A stretch of 64,000 nucleotides of DNA, from NCBI GenBank assembly GCA_000992085.1, contig LBTN01000012.1, positions 1,498-65,497 of the forward strand. The letters are read 5' to 3'. The notes beneath the pieces were generated by a model, which saw only the letters and a program-made list of their open reading frames with translations, had not been told where the DNA came from and searched no databases. Below, in pieces: positions 17,041 through 26,288 of the stretch; positions within the stretch are counted from its first letter, which is position 1, and the number at the start of each line of letters is the position of its first letter. This DNA is from Candidatus Magasanikbacteria bacterium GW2011_GWA2_37_8. Lineage in GTDB: Bacteria > Patescibacteriota > Patescibacteriia > Magasanikbacterales > GWA2-37-8. Made by a program: the position numbers and the translations under genes.

Positions 17041-17721
17041 ATGATCCGCCAAGTTAGCCATAACTATACCAAGCAGTGTTATGTCTTAAAATGTGATGTG
17101 CGCAAATTTTTTGATTCCATTGACCACGGCGTATTATTAGAAATGCTCTCCAAAAAAATTATTGATCGGAATACCAATTGGTTGTTGGAGCGAATAATCC
17201 AAAGTTTTGCCGTTGGCTACACAACTTTGTTTGAACGGCAGGGTGTGCCTATTGGTAATCTTACCTCCCAATTATTCGCTAATGTTTATATGAATGAATT
17301 TGACCAATATGTGAAGCATAAATTAAAAGTTAAACATTACGCGCGCTACACCGACGACTTTATGATTGTGGCAAACGACAGACAATATTTAGTTGATTTA
17401 CTTTTTCCTATCCGCGAATTTTTACAGAATCGTCTGAAGTTGATTTTGCATCCCAAAAAAGTATCTTTGCGTAAATATCGCCAAGGTGCAGATTTTTTAG
17501 GGTCTGTGATTTTACCACAATATCGGCTTTTGCGAAACAAAACAAAACGTCGTATTTTTCGTAAATTACAGTGTCGAGTAAAAGAATTTAAAGAGAATAA
17601 AATTGATGAAATACGGTTAGAACAATCCTTACAATCTTATTTGGGTGTATTATCGCATACTAATGCCTATCATTTGAGTGACGAGATAAAGAACCAGTTT
17701 TGGTTTTGGTTGGGAGAGTAA
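17041..17721 (+). CDS. DGR reverse transcriptase, C-terminal fragment (palm/thumb motifs 3-7), in a different frame from the N-terminal fragment
   Basis: 226 aa. YVLKCDVRKFFDSIDH (motif 3/A), GVPIGNLTSQLFANVYMNEFD (DGR-specific xGxxxSQ motif 4), YARYTDDFMIV (YxDD, motif 5/C), LHPKKVSL...ADFLGSVI (motifs 6-7). Confidence 0.9.
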   Translation: MIRQVSHNYTKQCYVLKCDVRKFFDSIDHGVLLEMLSKKIIDRNTNWLLERIIQSFAVGYTTLFERQGVPIGNLTSQLFANVYMNEFDQYVKHKLKVKHYARYTDDFMIVANDRQYLVDLLFPIREFLQNRLKLILHPKKVSLRKYRQGADFLGSVILPQYRLLRNKTKRRIFRKLQCRVKEFKENKIDEIRLEQSLQSYLGVLSHTNAYHLSDEIKNQFWFWLGE

Positions 17722-17804
17722 TTAGATAGGGTTTTTTACCTGTTTTTTCTATTATTTTTGTTATTGCCTTTATTTACTTTTTGCGTTAAAATACCCCCAC
17801 TAAA

Positions 17805-19064
17805 ATGATTATGATTATAGTTGATTTACATATCCATTCGCGGTTTTCTCGGGCTTGTTCGCCTGAATTAAATTTGCCTAATATTGCGGAGTGGTGCGGT
17901 ATTAAAGGTATAAATTTGGTGGCAACGGGCGATTTTACCCATCCAGCTTGGTTTGAAGAAATTAAAGATAATTTAATTGAGGAAGGTAATGGACTACTGC
18001 ACCTAAAGAACGGTAATTCAGAAATTAAGTTTATTTTAGGTACCGAAGTGTCTTGTATTTATTCACAAGGCGGAAAAACCAGACGGGTGCATTTGTGTTT
18101 GTTTTTTCCTAATTTGGCAGATGTAGAGAAATTTAATAATACCCTTACTGATCGTGGCTGTAATATTCATTCTGATGGCCGGCCAATTTTGGGGTTATCC
18201 TCAATTGAGGTTTTAAAAATAATGAAAAGTATTAACGAAAGATCGGTAATGATTCCGGCGCATGCTTGGACGCCTTGGTTTGCGGTGTTTGGTTCAAAAT
18301 CTGGTTTTGATTCGCTAGAAGAATGTTTTGGTGATTTAAGTTCAGAAATTTTTGCAATTGAAACTGGGTTATCAAGCGACCCGGCTATGAACTGGATGTT
18401 GTCGGCGTTAGACAAAGTAACATTAGTATCTAGTTCCGATGCACACAGTTTGCCTAATTTAGGGCGTGAAGCCAATGTATTTAATTTGGATATTGCTAAA
18501 GCCAGTTATGATGATTTGTTTTTAGCAATCAAAAACAAGGATCCAAAAATATTTTTAAACACAGTCGAATTTTATCCAGAAGAAGGGATGTATCATTTTG
18601 ATGGCCACCGTGATTGTGATGTTTGTTTTGCTCCAGCCGATACCAAGAAAAACAAAAATATTTGTCCAAAGTGTAAAAAACCAGTGGTAGTGGGCGTGCT
18701 AAACAGGGTAGAGGTGTTAGCCGATCGGGCCGAAGGTTTTGTGCCGTCAAACAGTATTCCATTTGTTAGTTTGGTGGGGTTAGATAAAATTATTTGTGAA
18801 GCGTTGGGCATTAAATCCAGATCTAGTAACAAAGTACAAAAAAAATATAACGAATTAATTAAAAAAGGAGATAACGAATTTAATATTTTATTAAATTTGT
18901 CTTATCCCGAATTAGCTAAAATTACTTTACCAGAAATTGTAGAAGGTATTCGCCGTGTGCGTGAGAAAAAACTATCAATTAGCCCTGGATTTGATGGGCA
19001 ATATGGTAAAGTAACTATTTTTAGTAGTGAAGAAAGAAAAGTTTTTCAAGAAAAATTGTTTTAA
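17805..19064 (+). CDS. PHP-domain protein of the endonuclease Q-like (TIGR00375-type) family
   Basis: 419 aa. N-terminal VDLHIHSRFSRACS...ATGDFTHPAW PHP metal motifs. Cys cluster HRDCDVCF...CPKCKK (zinc finger). The family call is from memory of EndoQ sequences. Confidence 0.55.
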   Translation: MIMIIVDLHIHSRFSRACSPELNLPNIAEWCGIKGINLVATGDFTHPAWFEEIKDNLIEEGNGLLHLKNGNSEIKFILGTEVSCIYSQGGKTRRVHLCLFFPNLADVEKFNNTLTDRGCNIHSDGRPILGLSSIEVLKIMKSINERSVMIPAHAWTPWFAVFGSKSGFDSLEECFGDLSSEIFAIETGLSSDPAMNWMLSALDKVTLVSSSDAHSLPNLGREANVFNLDIAKASYDDLFLAIKNKDPKIFLNTVEFYPEEGMYHFDGHRDCDVCFAPADTKKNKNICPKCKKPVVVGVLNRVEVLADRAEGFVPSNSIPFVSLVGLDKIICEALGIKSRSSNKVQKKYNELIKKGDNEFNILLNLSYPELAKITLPEIVEGIRRVREKKLSISPGFDGQYGKVTIFSSEERKVFQEKLF

Positions 19065-19067
19065 GTT

Positions 19068-22000
19068 ATGTCTGAATTTGTCCACTTACACGTTCATAGC
19101 CACTATTCTTTGTTGGATGGTTTGCCAAAAATTGACGAATTGGTGGCTACTGCCAAAAAGCGCGGTTTTTCGGCGTTGGCATTAACCGATCATGGTAACA
19201 TGTATGGTGCTATTGAGTTTTATGAAGCCTGCAAGAAACAAGAAATCAAACCAATTATTGGGGTGGAAGCCTATGTCGCGCCAGTTAGTCGGTTTGAGAA
19301 AAATTCGAGTGAACGTTATCATCATTTAGTTCTGTTGGCTTTAAATTATACTGGTTATAAAAATTTATTAAAATTAGTTTCTTTAGCATCCACCGAAGGT
19401 TTTTATTATAAACCAAGAATGGACAAAGAATTATTGCGTCAGTATCACGAAGGGCTGGTTGCTTCAACTGCTTGTTTTGGTGGAGAAATCCCTCGATTAT
19501 TACGCGCGGGTAATTATGAACAAGCAAAAATTGTTGCTTTAGAATATCAAGAAATTTTTGGGGTAGATAATTTTTATTTAGAACTAATGGATCTGCCTGC
19601 GCTAGAAGGTCAGATGGCATTAAATGATCAATTAATTGCTTTATCAAAAGATACAGGGATACCAGTAATTGTTACGCGTGATGTACACTATCTTGATCCG
19701 GAAGATTCGGAAGCCCAAGATATTTTAACTTGTATTCGTGATGGGCGAACTTTGGATGATGCCGACAGAGAAACATTAGTTGGTATTGATTGTTCGTTTG
19801 CCAAAGCCAACGATATTGCTAGCCGATTTAAACATATTCCAGAAGCATTAAGCAATACTGTTAAAATTGCTGAGCGAGTTGATTTGCAATTAGAACTTAA
19901 CAAATGGCATTTCCCATCACTTAATTTGCCAGTTGGCCAAACCGCTGATGATTATTTGCGTGAATTGGTATACAACCAATTACCTGTTTTAATGGAAGTA
20001 ACTGATGAAGTAAAAAAGCGGGCAGATTACGAATTAGATATTATTGCTAAAAAAGGTTATTCGCCATATTTTTTGGTAGTAGCCGATTATGTAAAATATG
20101 CTCGTGAGCATGACATTATCGAAACCACTCGTGGTTCGGGTGCTGGTTCTTTGGTTTCTTATGCTATGGATATTACTACAGTTAATCCATTGTCTTTTAA
20201 ACTACCATTCGAACGTTTTCTTAATCCATTTCGTCCATCACCACCCGATATTGATGCGGATTTTGCCGACGACAGACGTGATGATATGATTGCCTATGTA
20301 ACCGAAAAATATGGCGCAGACAAAGTTGCCCAGATTATTACATTCGGTACGATGGCGGCGCGTGGGGCAGTGCGTGATGTAGCGCGCGCTTTGGGATATT
20401 CGTATTCACTGGGTGATCAAGTTTCTAAATTAATCCCGTTTGGTGCGCAAGGTTTTCAAATGACAATTGCCAAAGCACTTAATTTGGAGCCAGAATTGAA
20501 AAAGATTTATAACGAAAATCCACAGGTACATCGTTTGTTAGATTTGGCCCAAAAAATCGAAGGTTGCGCGCGTCATACTTCGATGCACGCGGCTGGTGTG
20601 GTAATTTCGCCAACACCATTAACCGATTTTACCCCAATACAATATGAAACTGGTGGTGAAAGAATTGTAACCCAATATGAAATGCATGCTGTAGAAGCTG
20701 CCGGTTTATTAAAAATGGACTTTTTGGGTATTCGCAATTTATCTATTTTGGGCCATGCTGTCGAAATTGTGGCCAAAACCACCGGACAAAAAATTAATAT
20801 TTTTAAATTGCCACTTGATGATAAAAAAACTTATGAAATGCTAGCTCGGGGTGAAACTATGGGTGTATTCCAGCTTTCTGGTTCGGGCATGACCAGATAT
20901 TTAAAAGAATTAAAACCAACCACTATTTTTGATATCATGGCGATGGTGGCGCTTTTCCGTCCGGGTCCAATGGATCAAATTCCCGAATATATTCGTCGCA
21001 AAAATCATGCTGATTTAATTGAGTATCTTGATCCGCGCATGAAAGATTATTTGGATCAATCCCTTGGCTTGATTGTTTATCAGGACGATGTTTTATTAAC
21101 CGCCATTAATTTGGGTGGTTACAATTGGGAAGAAGCCGACAAGTTTCGTAAAGCCATGGGTAAAAAAATTCCCGAAGAAATGGCCAAACAAAAAGATAAA
21201 TTTTTTAAAGGTTGCAAAGAATTTGGTAAATTACCAGAAATAAAAATTCATCGGTTGTGGGAAATGATCGAACCGTTTGCGGCGTATGGATTTAATAAGG
21301 CACATGCAGCAAGTTATGGTATGGTGGCTTACCAAACTGCTTATATGAAAGCTAATTATCCGGTGCAGTATATGACCGCGGTTTTGATTGCCGAATCGGG
21401 GGATATGGATAAGGTGCCTGAAATTATTCACGAGTGTGAGAAAATGGGAGTAAAGGTAATGCCGCCAGATATTAATGAAAGTTTTAAAAATTTTGCGATG
21501 GTGGGTTGGGAAGATAATGGTCAAGCCCATATCCGGTTTGGTTTAAGTGGTATTAAAAATTTGGGCGAACATATTGCCGACGTAATTTATCGTGAACGAA
21601 AAACCAATGGTCGTTATACTTCGCTTGAAGATTTGTTGCGTCGCGTGCAAGATAGAGATTTAAATAAAAAATCACTAGAAAGTTTGACAAAGTGTGGTGC
21701 CTTGGATAGCTTTGGCTCTGATCGGGGGCTACTTTTAAGTAATATGGATAATTTACTGTCTTTTGCCAAACAAATAGAAGAACAAGGCAAATCTAACCAA
21801 AATTCTTTATTTACTAATACTGCTATTGATATAATTTCTAAATTACGTTTGGAAGCTGGCCCAGAGGCCACGGAACAAGAAAAATTAACTTGGGAAAAAG
21901 AATTACTAGGCTTATATATTACCGCTCATCCTTTTGCAAAATATCAAACTGCTATGCAGGGCGTGTTAACTGATATTAAAGATTTAAAAAATCAGCCGTG

Positions 22001-22535
22001 TCATTCTTGGGTGGTGGTGGGCGGGGTGATTGATACTGCTAAAAAGAAAATAACGCGTAGCGGTCAGGCAATGATGTTTGTTACTTTGCTTGATACTACG
22101 GATAGTATGGAATTATTAGTTTTTCCAAGAACTTATGAAACTACCAAAGATGTTTGGGTGGAAGGTAAAATGGTGTGTGTGGTAGGGCGTACTTCCGATG
22201 ATGAAGAAGACGATAAATTGTTTGTAGAAAAAGCCTATGAAATATCGGAAGAAAATGTAGCCTATTTAAGGCAACAATTAAATGTAAAAAATTCGGTAAC
22301 CACACCGGTTCGCCAAGAAGTACGAGTTAGTAAATTAACAGTTTTTTCTGATTATATAGAAATTAATTTAACAGCCGCCGAAGTGAAAGCCAAAGCTGAA
22401 GCCATAAAATTGATTTTAGGAAAATATAAAGGAGAGCAGGCGGTTTATTTGATTGTAGGCGATAAAAAAATAAAAACCTCCTTTTTAGTGGAGGCTAGCA
22501 ATGGATTAATAGACGAATTAAATCAAGTTTTATAA
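19068..22535 (+). CDS. dnaE: DNA polymerase III alpha subunit
   Basis: 1155 aa. PHP N-terminus FVHLHVHSHYSLLDG, polymerase core (GSGAGSLVSY, PDIDADF), HhH and OB-fold regions. Confidence 0.95.
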   Translation: MSEFVHLHVHSHYSLLDGLPKIDELVATAKKRGFSALALTDHGNMYGAIEFYEACKKQEIKPIIGVEAYVAPVSRFEKNSSERYHHLVLLALNYTGYKNLLKLVSLASTEGFYYKPRMDKELLRQYHEGLVASTACFGGEIPRLLRAGNYEQAKIVALEYQEIFGVDNFYLELMDLPALEGQMALNDQLIALSKDTGIPVIVTRDVHYLDPEDSEAQDILTCIRDGRTLDDADRETLVGIDCSFAKANDIASRFKHIPEALSNTVKIAERVDLQLELNKWHFPSLNLPVGQTADDYLRELVYNQLPVLMEVTDEVKKRADYELDIIAKKGYSPYFLVVADYVKYAREHDIIETTRGSGAGSLVSYAMDITTVNPLSFKLPFERFLNPFRPSPPDIDADFADDRRDDMIAYVTEKYGADKVAQIITFGTMAARGAVRDVARALGYSYSLGDQVSKLIPFGAQGFQMTIAKALNLEPELKKIYNENPQVHRLLDLAQKIEGCARHTSMHAAGVVISPTPLTDFTPIQYETGGERIVTQYEMHAVEAAGLLKMDFLGIRNLSILGHAVEIVAKTTGQKINIFKLPLDDKKTYEMLARGETMGVFQLSGSGMTRYLKELKPTTIFDIMAMVALFRPGPMDQIPEYIRRKNHADLIEYLDPRMKDYLDQSLGLIVYQDDVLLTAINLGGYNWEEADKFRKAMGKKIPEEMAKQKDKFFKGCKEFGKLPEIKIHRLWEMIEPFAAYGFNKAHAASYGMVAYQTAYMKANYPVQYMTAVLIAESGDMDKVPEIIHECEKMGVKVMPPDINESFKNFAMVGWEDNGQAHIRFGLSGIKNLGEHIADVIYRERKTNGRYTSLEDLLRRVQDRDLNKKSLESLTKCGALDSFGSDRGLLLSNMDNLLSFAKQIEEQGKSNQNSLFTNTAIDIISKLRLEAGPEATEQEKLTWEKELLGLYITAHPFAKYQTAMQGVLTDIKDLKNQPCHSWVVVGGVIDTAKKKITRSGQAMMFVTLLDTTDSMELLVFPRTYETTKDVWVEGKMVCVVGRTSDDEEDDKLFVEKAYEISEENVAYLRQQLNVKNSVTTPVRQEVRVSKLTVFSDYIEINLTAAEVKAKAEAIKLILGKYKGEQAVYLIVGDKKIKTSFLVEASNGLIDELNQVL

Positions 22536-22548
22536 TATCAAACCTTCA

Positions 22549-23613
22549 TTATCTTCCTAATTCCCAATTTGGATCAGCAGTAAGATTTTGCCAGTCGGTA
22601 AAATCTTTTTTTATTGCCTGTTTATACCCAGCTACCGCAATCATAGCAGCGTTATCCATACAATATTTTAGCGAAGGAACAAGGAATAAAGAATAAGGAA
22701 TAAATTGTTTTATAGCGCCAGACAGTTCTTCGCGTAATTTTTTATTGGCAGCCACACCACCACCGAGAATAATTGTTTTAAGCTTGTATTCCTCTGCAGC
22801 TTTGATGGTCTTTTTTACCAATACATCAACAATAGCTTGTTCGAAAGAAGCGCAAAAATCGTTTGTAGTTGGTTCGCTATTTGATTGTCCGTAAATTCCT
22901 GTCGGCAGTTCGTAGGGAATAATTTTTTCCGCTGTTAATTTATTGTCTCGCAGCCAATAAAGAGCCGAGGTTTTAAGTCCAGAAAAAGAAAAATTTAAAT
23001 TATCACTATCAAGCATTGGACGAGGAAAAGAAATCGTTTTAGTATTTCCAGTTTCAGCCAGTTTAGAAATCTGGGGGCCACCAGGGTAGGGAAGACCAAG
23101 TAGTTTGGCTACTTTATCAAAACATTCGCCAGCAGCATCATCCAAAGTCGCTCCTAAAATTTTATAATCACCCGGTTCTGTTATATAAATTAATTCGGTA
23201 TGTCCGCCGCTAACAATTAAAGCCAGTGCTGGATATTGAATTTTATATTCACCAATTTCTACAGCATGTATATGGCCAGAAATATGATTTACTGAAACCG
23301 TAGGAATATTTTTTGTCCAAGCCAAAGTGCGGGCGGCTTCGGTGCCAACAATTAAACCAGTAATTAAACCTGGGCCAGTAGTTACCGCAATTATATCTGG
23401 TTTTGATTGACCGGTTAAAACCTGTTCAATTAGTGGCACAATTTTTTCGGCATGCATCCGTCCAGCAATTTCTGGTACTACGCCGCCATATTTTTGATGA
23501 ATTTCAATTTGAGAAGCAGTTGATTCTTTAATAACAAAACAGCCCTGTTCGGAACAATCCAAAAGGGCTACAGAAGTATCGTCGCAAGATGATTCAATTC
23601 CTAGTATTAACAT
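22549..23613 (-). CDS. tsaD: tRNA N6-adenosine threonylcarbamoyltransferase TsaD (Kae1/Gcp family)
   Basis: 354 aa. MLILGIESSCDDTSVAL, HxxGH motif NHISGHIHA, VSGGHTEL, GGGVAAN. Confidence 0.9.
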   Translation of the reverse strand: MLILGIESSCDDTSVALLDCSEQGCFVIKESTASQIEIHQKYGGVVPEIAGRMHAEKIVPLIEQVLTGQSKPDIIAVTTGPGLITGLIVGTEAARTLAWTKNIPTVSVNHISGHIHAVEIGEYKIQYPALALIVSGGHTELIYITEPGDYKILGATLDDAAGECFDKVAKLLGLPYPGGPQISKLAETGNTKTISFPRPMLDSDNLNFSFSGLKTSALYWLRDNKLTAEKIIPYELPTGIYGQSNSEPTTNDFCASFEQAIVDVLVKKTIKAAEEYKLKTIILGGGVAANKKLREELSGAIKQFIPYSLFLVPSLKYCMDNAAMIAVAGYKQAIKKDFTDWQNLTADPNWELGR

Positions 23614-23630
23614 ATAGGTTTAATTGCAGA

Positions 23631-23707
23631 CTGGTGACAGGGGGGAGAGTCGAACTCCCGACCTGAGGGTTATGAATCCTCCGCTCTTACCAACTGAGCT
23701 ACCCTGC
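23631..23707 (-). tRNA. tRNA with CAU anticodon (elongator Met; Ile2/lysidine type not excluded), CCA encoded
   Basis: Reverse complement folds as a cloverleaf: acceptor GGCAGGG/CCCTGTC, D arm GCTC-AGTTGGTAA-GAGC, anticodon loop TTCATAA, T arm GGGAG-TTCGACT-CTCCC, then ACCA. Positions 1-72 are paired, so it is not an initiator. Confidence 0.85.
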
Positions 23708-23869
23708 CGTAAAAACATGAGTATTTTATATGAAAAACGTGCAAAAGTCAACTTTGTTAATTATTTTGTTAATTATTTATGTTATTTATGCTATAATTAA
23801 GCAAGTTAGTATAATTTGTTTAATTATCAAATTTTAGATAGAATTAGCTTATTCTTAACTTATCAAATT

Positions 23870-24658
23870 ATGTCTAAAACTATCGGTTTGGCTTTGGGTA
23901 GTGGCGGTTTAAAAGGTTTAGCTCATGTAGGTGTGATAAAAGTATTAGAAAAAAATAAAATAAAAATTAGCCATATTGCTGGCACTAGTATGGGGGCGTT
24001 AGTTGGTGCTTATTATGCGTTATATCAAAATGCCGTCGATTTAGAGATGGTTGCTTTGGGTGGTAAATGGGATAAATTTTTATCTTTGCTTGCGCCAACT
24101 TTTAAACTGGGTTTTGTTAAAGGAGAGAAGGTTGAAAAATTATTAAATATTTGGTTTGGCAATAAAGAATTTAAGGACACTAAAATTCCTTTACGAATTA
24201 TTGCTACTGATTTAGTTACTGGTAAAGAAGTTGTTTTTTCGAAAGGTAAAATTGCCGATGCAGTTCGGGCCAGTGTTTCTATCCCAATGTTTTTTCAGCC
24301 GGTTAAAAACTCTACACAATTATTAGTTGATGGTGGATTGTGCCAACCAGTACCGGTTAAAGCAGTACGTGATGCTGGTGCAAAATTTGTGGTAGCGGTC
24401 AATCTAGATAACTATCAAGTTAATAAGTGGTTTAAACCAAATCAAGCTTCGCTCGCTAGTATTACTATTCGTAGTTTTGATATAGTCCGTCATTACCTAG
24501 GACATTGTTCTTCAGCAGCTGCAGATATGATAGTTGAGCCTCGTTTTAATGATAACGACCTAACCGTATGGAAGAAGTATTTTATTAGTAATACCGGTAA
24601 AGATTCTGTTCTAGAAGGGGAGCGGGCGATGAAAAAACAAATTAAAAAGTTATTGTAG
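23870..24658 (+). CDS. Patatin-like phospholipase
   Basis: ORF track starts at 23816. The ATG at 23870 (MSKTIGLALGSGGLKG) is the likelier start. Oxyanion GSGGLKG, nucleophile elbow GTSMGA, catalytic Asp in LVDGGL. Confidence 0.8.
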   Translation: MSKTIGLALGSGGLKGLAHVGVIKVLEKNKIKISHIAGTSMGALVGAYYALYQNAVDLEMVALGGKWDKFLSLLAPTFKLGFVKGEKVEKLLNIWFGNKEFKDTKIPLRIIATDLVTGKEVVFSKGKIADAVRASVSIPMFFQPVKNSTQLLVDGGLCQPVPVKAVRDAGAKFVVAVNLDNYQVNKWFKPNQASLASITIRSFDIVRHYLGHCSSAAADMIVEPRFNDNDLTVWKKYFISNTGKDSVLEGERAMKKQIKKLL

Positions 24659-24662
24659 TTTT

Positions 24663-26288
24663 ATGTTGCGTAGGTTTGTAGATTATTTAAAAATTAATAA
24701 AACTTATTTTGGTTTATTAATATTTTTTATTTTAATAATAGTTTTGGTTAACCCAATTGGAGAATTTGCTTTAAATGACGATTGGTTTTATGCGGTAGCA
24801 GTACGAGATTTTGGTTGGAATTTTAGATTTGATCCTTTAATCACACCAGCACTTATTGGGCAGATATTATACGGAACAGTTTTAATAAAATTATTTGGTT
24901 TTAGTTTTACTATTTTACGCCTGTCTACTTTGGTGTTGGCGGTAGTGACAATGTTAGTATTATTTAAATTATTAAAAATAAAAGGCTGGTCAATCGGCGG
25001 GGCGTTACTTGGGGTGGGGTTAATATTTTTTAATCCCATTTTTTTTAATCTCAGCTTTACTTTTATGACGGACGTGCCAGCGCTGTCTTTAGTTATTGTT
25101 AGTTTGTATTATTTTTATCAGTTTAATCAAACTGGGAAAAGTAGATTTTTTATTTTTGCTCAGTTGCTAGCTTTTGGCGCTGGTTTTATTCGACAAAATT
25201 ATTTAATTTTACCATTATTATCTTTAGTTTTAATTTTAACTAATACTAGAAAAAAAGATTTTAAACTTTGGTTAATATATGGCGTAAGTTTGCTGGCAGG
25301 TGTTTTATTATATTATTTTTTCCAATCGCATGGTTGGTGGCCGCAAGGGGCGGTAACTATGCACAGTTTTAATAACGGGCGGGCGTTACTAAACAATGCC
25401 TTATGGCAGGGTTATTATTTGGTTGGTTATCTGGCTCTATTTTTATCACCAATAATTATTGGTGGGTTTTTAGCTGTTGGTAATCGTACCCGTCTATATT
25501 TAGCTGGTGCAGGGTTATTAGGGATAGGACTGTCTTTAGTTTTGTATTTTACAAAGCATTTAACTTTTCCGTATTTCCGTAATATTATTAATATTTATGG
25601 TTTAGGAGCAAGAGGGGCGAATGAAGTTTTAACTGGTACGCCAACAATCACTATTAATTCTAGTGTCCAATTGTGGTTAACAATCTTGGTTGGTTTTTTG
25701 GTTGGTTTGGCAATAGGGTTTTTAATTAAACAGATAATTGATAATCGGAATATAAAGTTTAGAGAAATTGATTGGGTAACTATATTTTTAGGTTTAAATT
25801 TGTTAGCCCAAATAGCGGCGATAATGTATTTGGTTAGTTTTGACAGGTATTATTTAGCGCCGCTAGTGTTTATACTTTTGTTAATACCCGCAATCAAATT
25901 TTCCAGAAGGATAGTTTATGCTAGCGGGATATTATTATTTTTAATGGCTATTTATGCTGTTGTGGGCACCTATAATTATTTGGCCGAAAATAAGATAAAA
26001 TGGGCTGTGGCCAATACTTTGGTTGCACAAGGTGCTCTGCCTGCCGAAATTGATGCTGGATACGAATGGTTGGGTTGGAATACAAGACAATTGGTTCAAA
26101 AAAAATTACCTACGTTTACCAACGAAAAACCTTGGTATATGGCACGAATTTTTACAGACAACACCCGCCAATATGTGGTAAATTACAATTCAGTTTTAAC
26201 AGGTTATAATTTAGTGTCTAGTTATAGTTATAATAAGTTTTTATTTGGAACAGGGAGTTTATATTTATTGAAAAAGATAGAATTATGA
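24663..26288 (+). CDS. Polytopic membrane glycosyltransferase (GT39/ArnT/PMT-like)
   Basis: 541 aa with more than 10 predicted TM helices. N-terminal D-x-W/F loop (NDDWFY). It is translationally coupled (ATGA overlap) to the GT2 polyprenol-phosphate glycosyltransferase-like gene downstream. Confidence 0.5.
   Translation: MLRRFVDYLKINKTYFGLLIFFILIIVLVNPIGEFALNDDWFYAVAVRDFGWNFRFDPLITPALIGQILYGTVLIKLFGFSFTILRLSTLVLAVVTMLVLFKLLKIKGWSIGGALLGVGLIFFNPIFFNLSFTFMTDVPALSLVIVSLYYFYQFNQTGKSRFFIFAQLLAFGAGFIRQNYLILPLLSLVLILTNTRKKDFKLWLIYGVSLLAGVLLYYFFQSHGWWPQGAVTMHSFNNGRALLNNALWQGYYLVGYLALFLSPIIIGGFLAVGNRTRLYLAGAGLLGIGLSLVLYFTKHLTFPYFRNIINIYGLGARGANEVLTGTPTITINSSVQLWLTILVGFLVGLAIGFLIKQIIDNRNIKFREIDWVTIFLGLNLLAQIAAIMYLVSFDRYYLAPLVFILLLIPAIKFSRRIVYASGILLFLMAIYAVVGTYNYLAENKIKWAVANTLVAQGALPAEIDAGYEWLGWNTRQLVQKKLPTFTNEKPWYMARIFTDNTRQYVVNYNSVLTGYNLVSSYSYNKFLFGTGSLYLLKKIEL

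Noticed and set aside
16778-17721. The RT could belong to a group II intron, a retron or a defence-associated RT rather than a DGR.
   Set aside because: The TR/VR pair with adenine-only mismatches, the adjacent Avd-like gene and the IGNLTSQ motif (group II introns have a different motif 4 and a maturase/En domain) all point to a DGR. I saw no intron domain V-like structure and no msr/msd inverted repeats.
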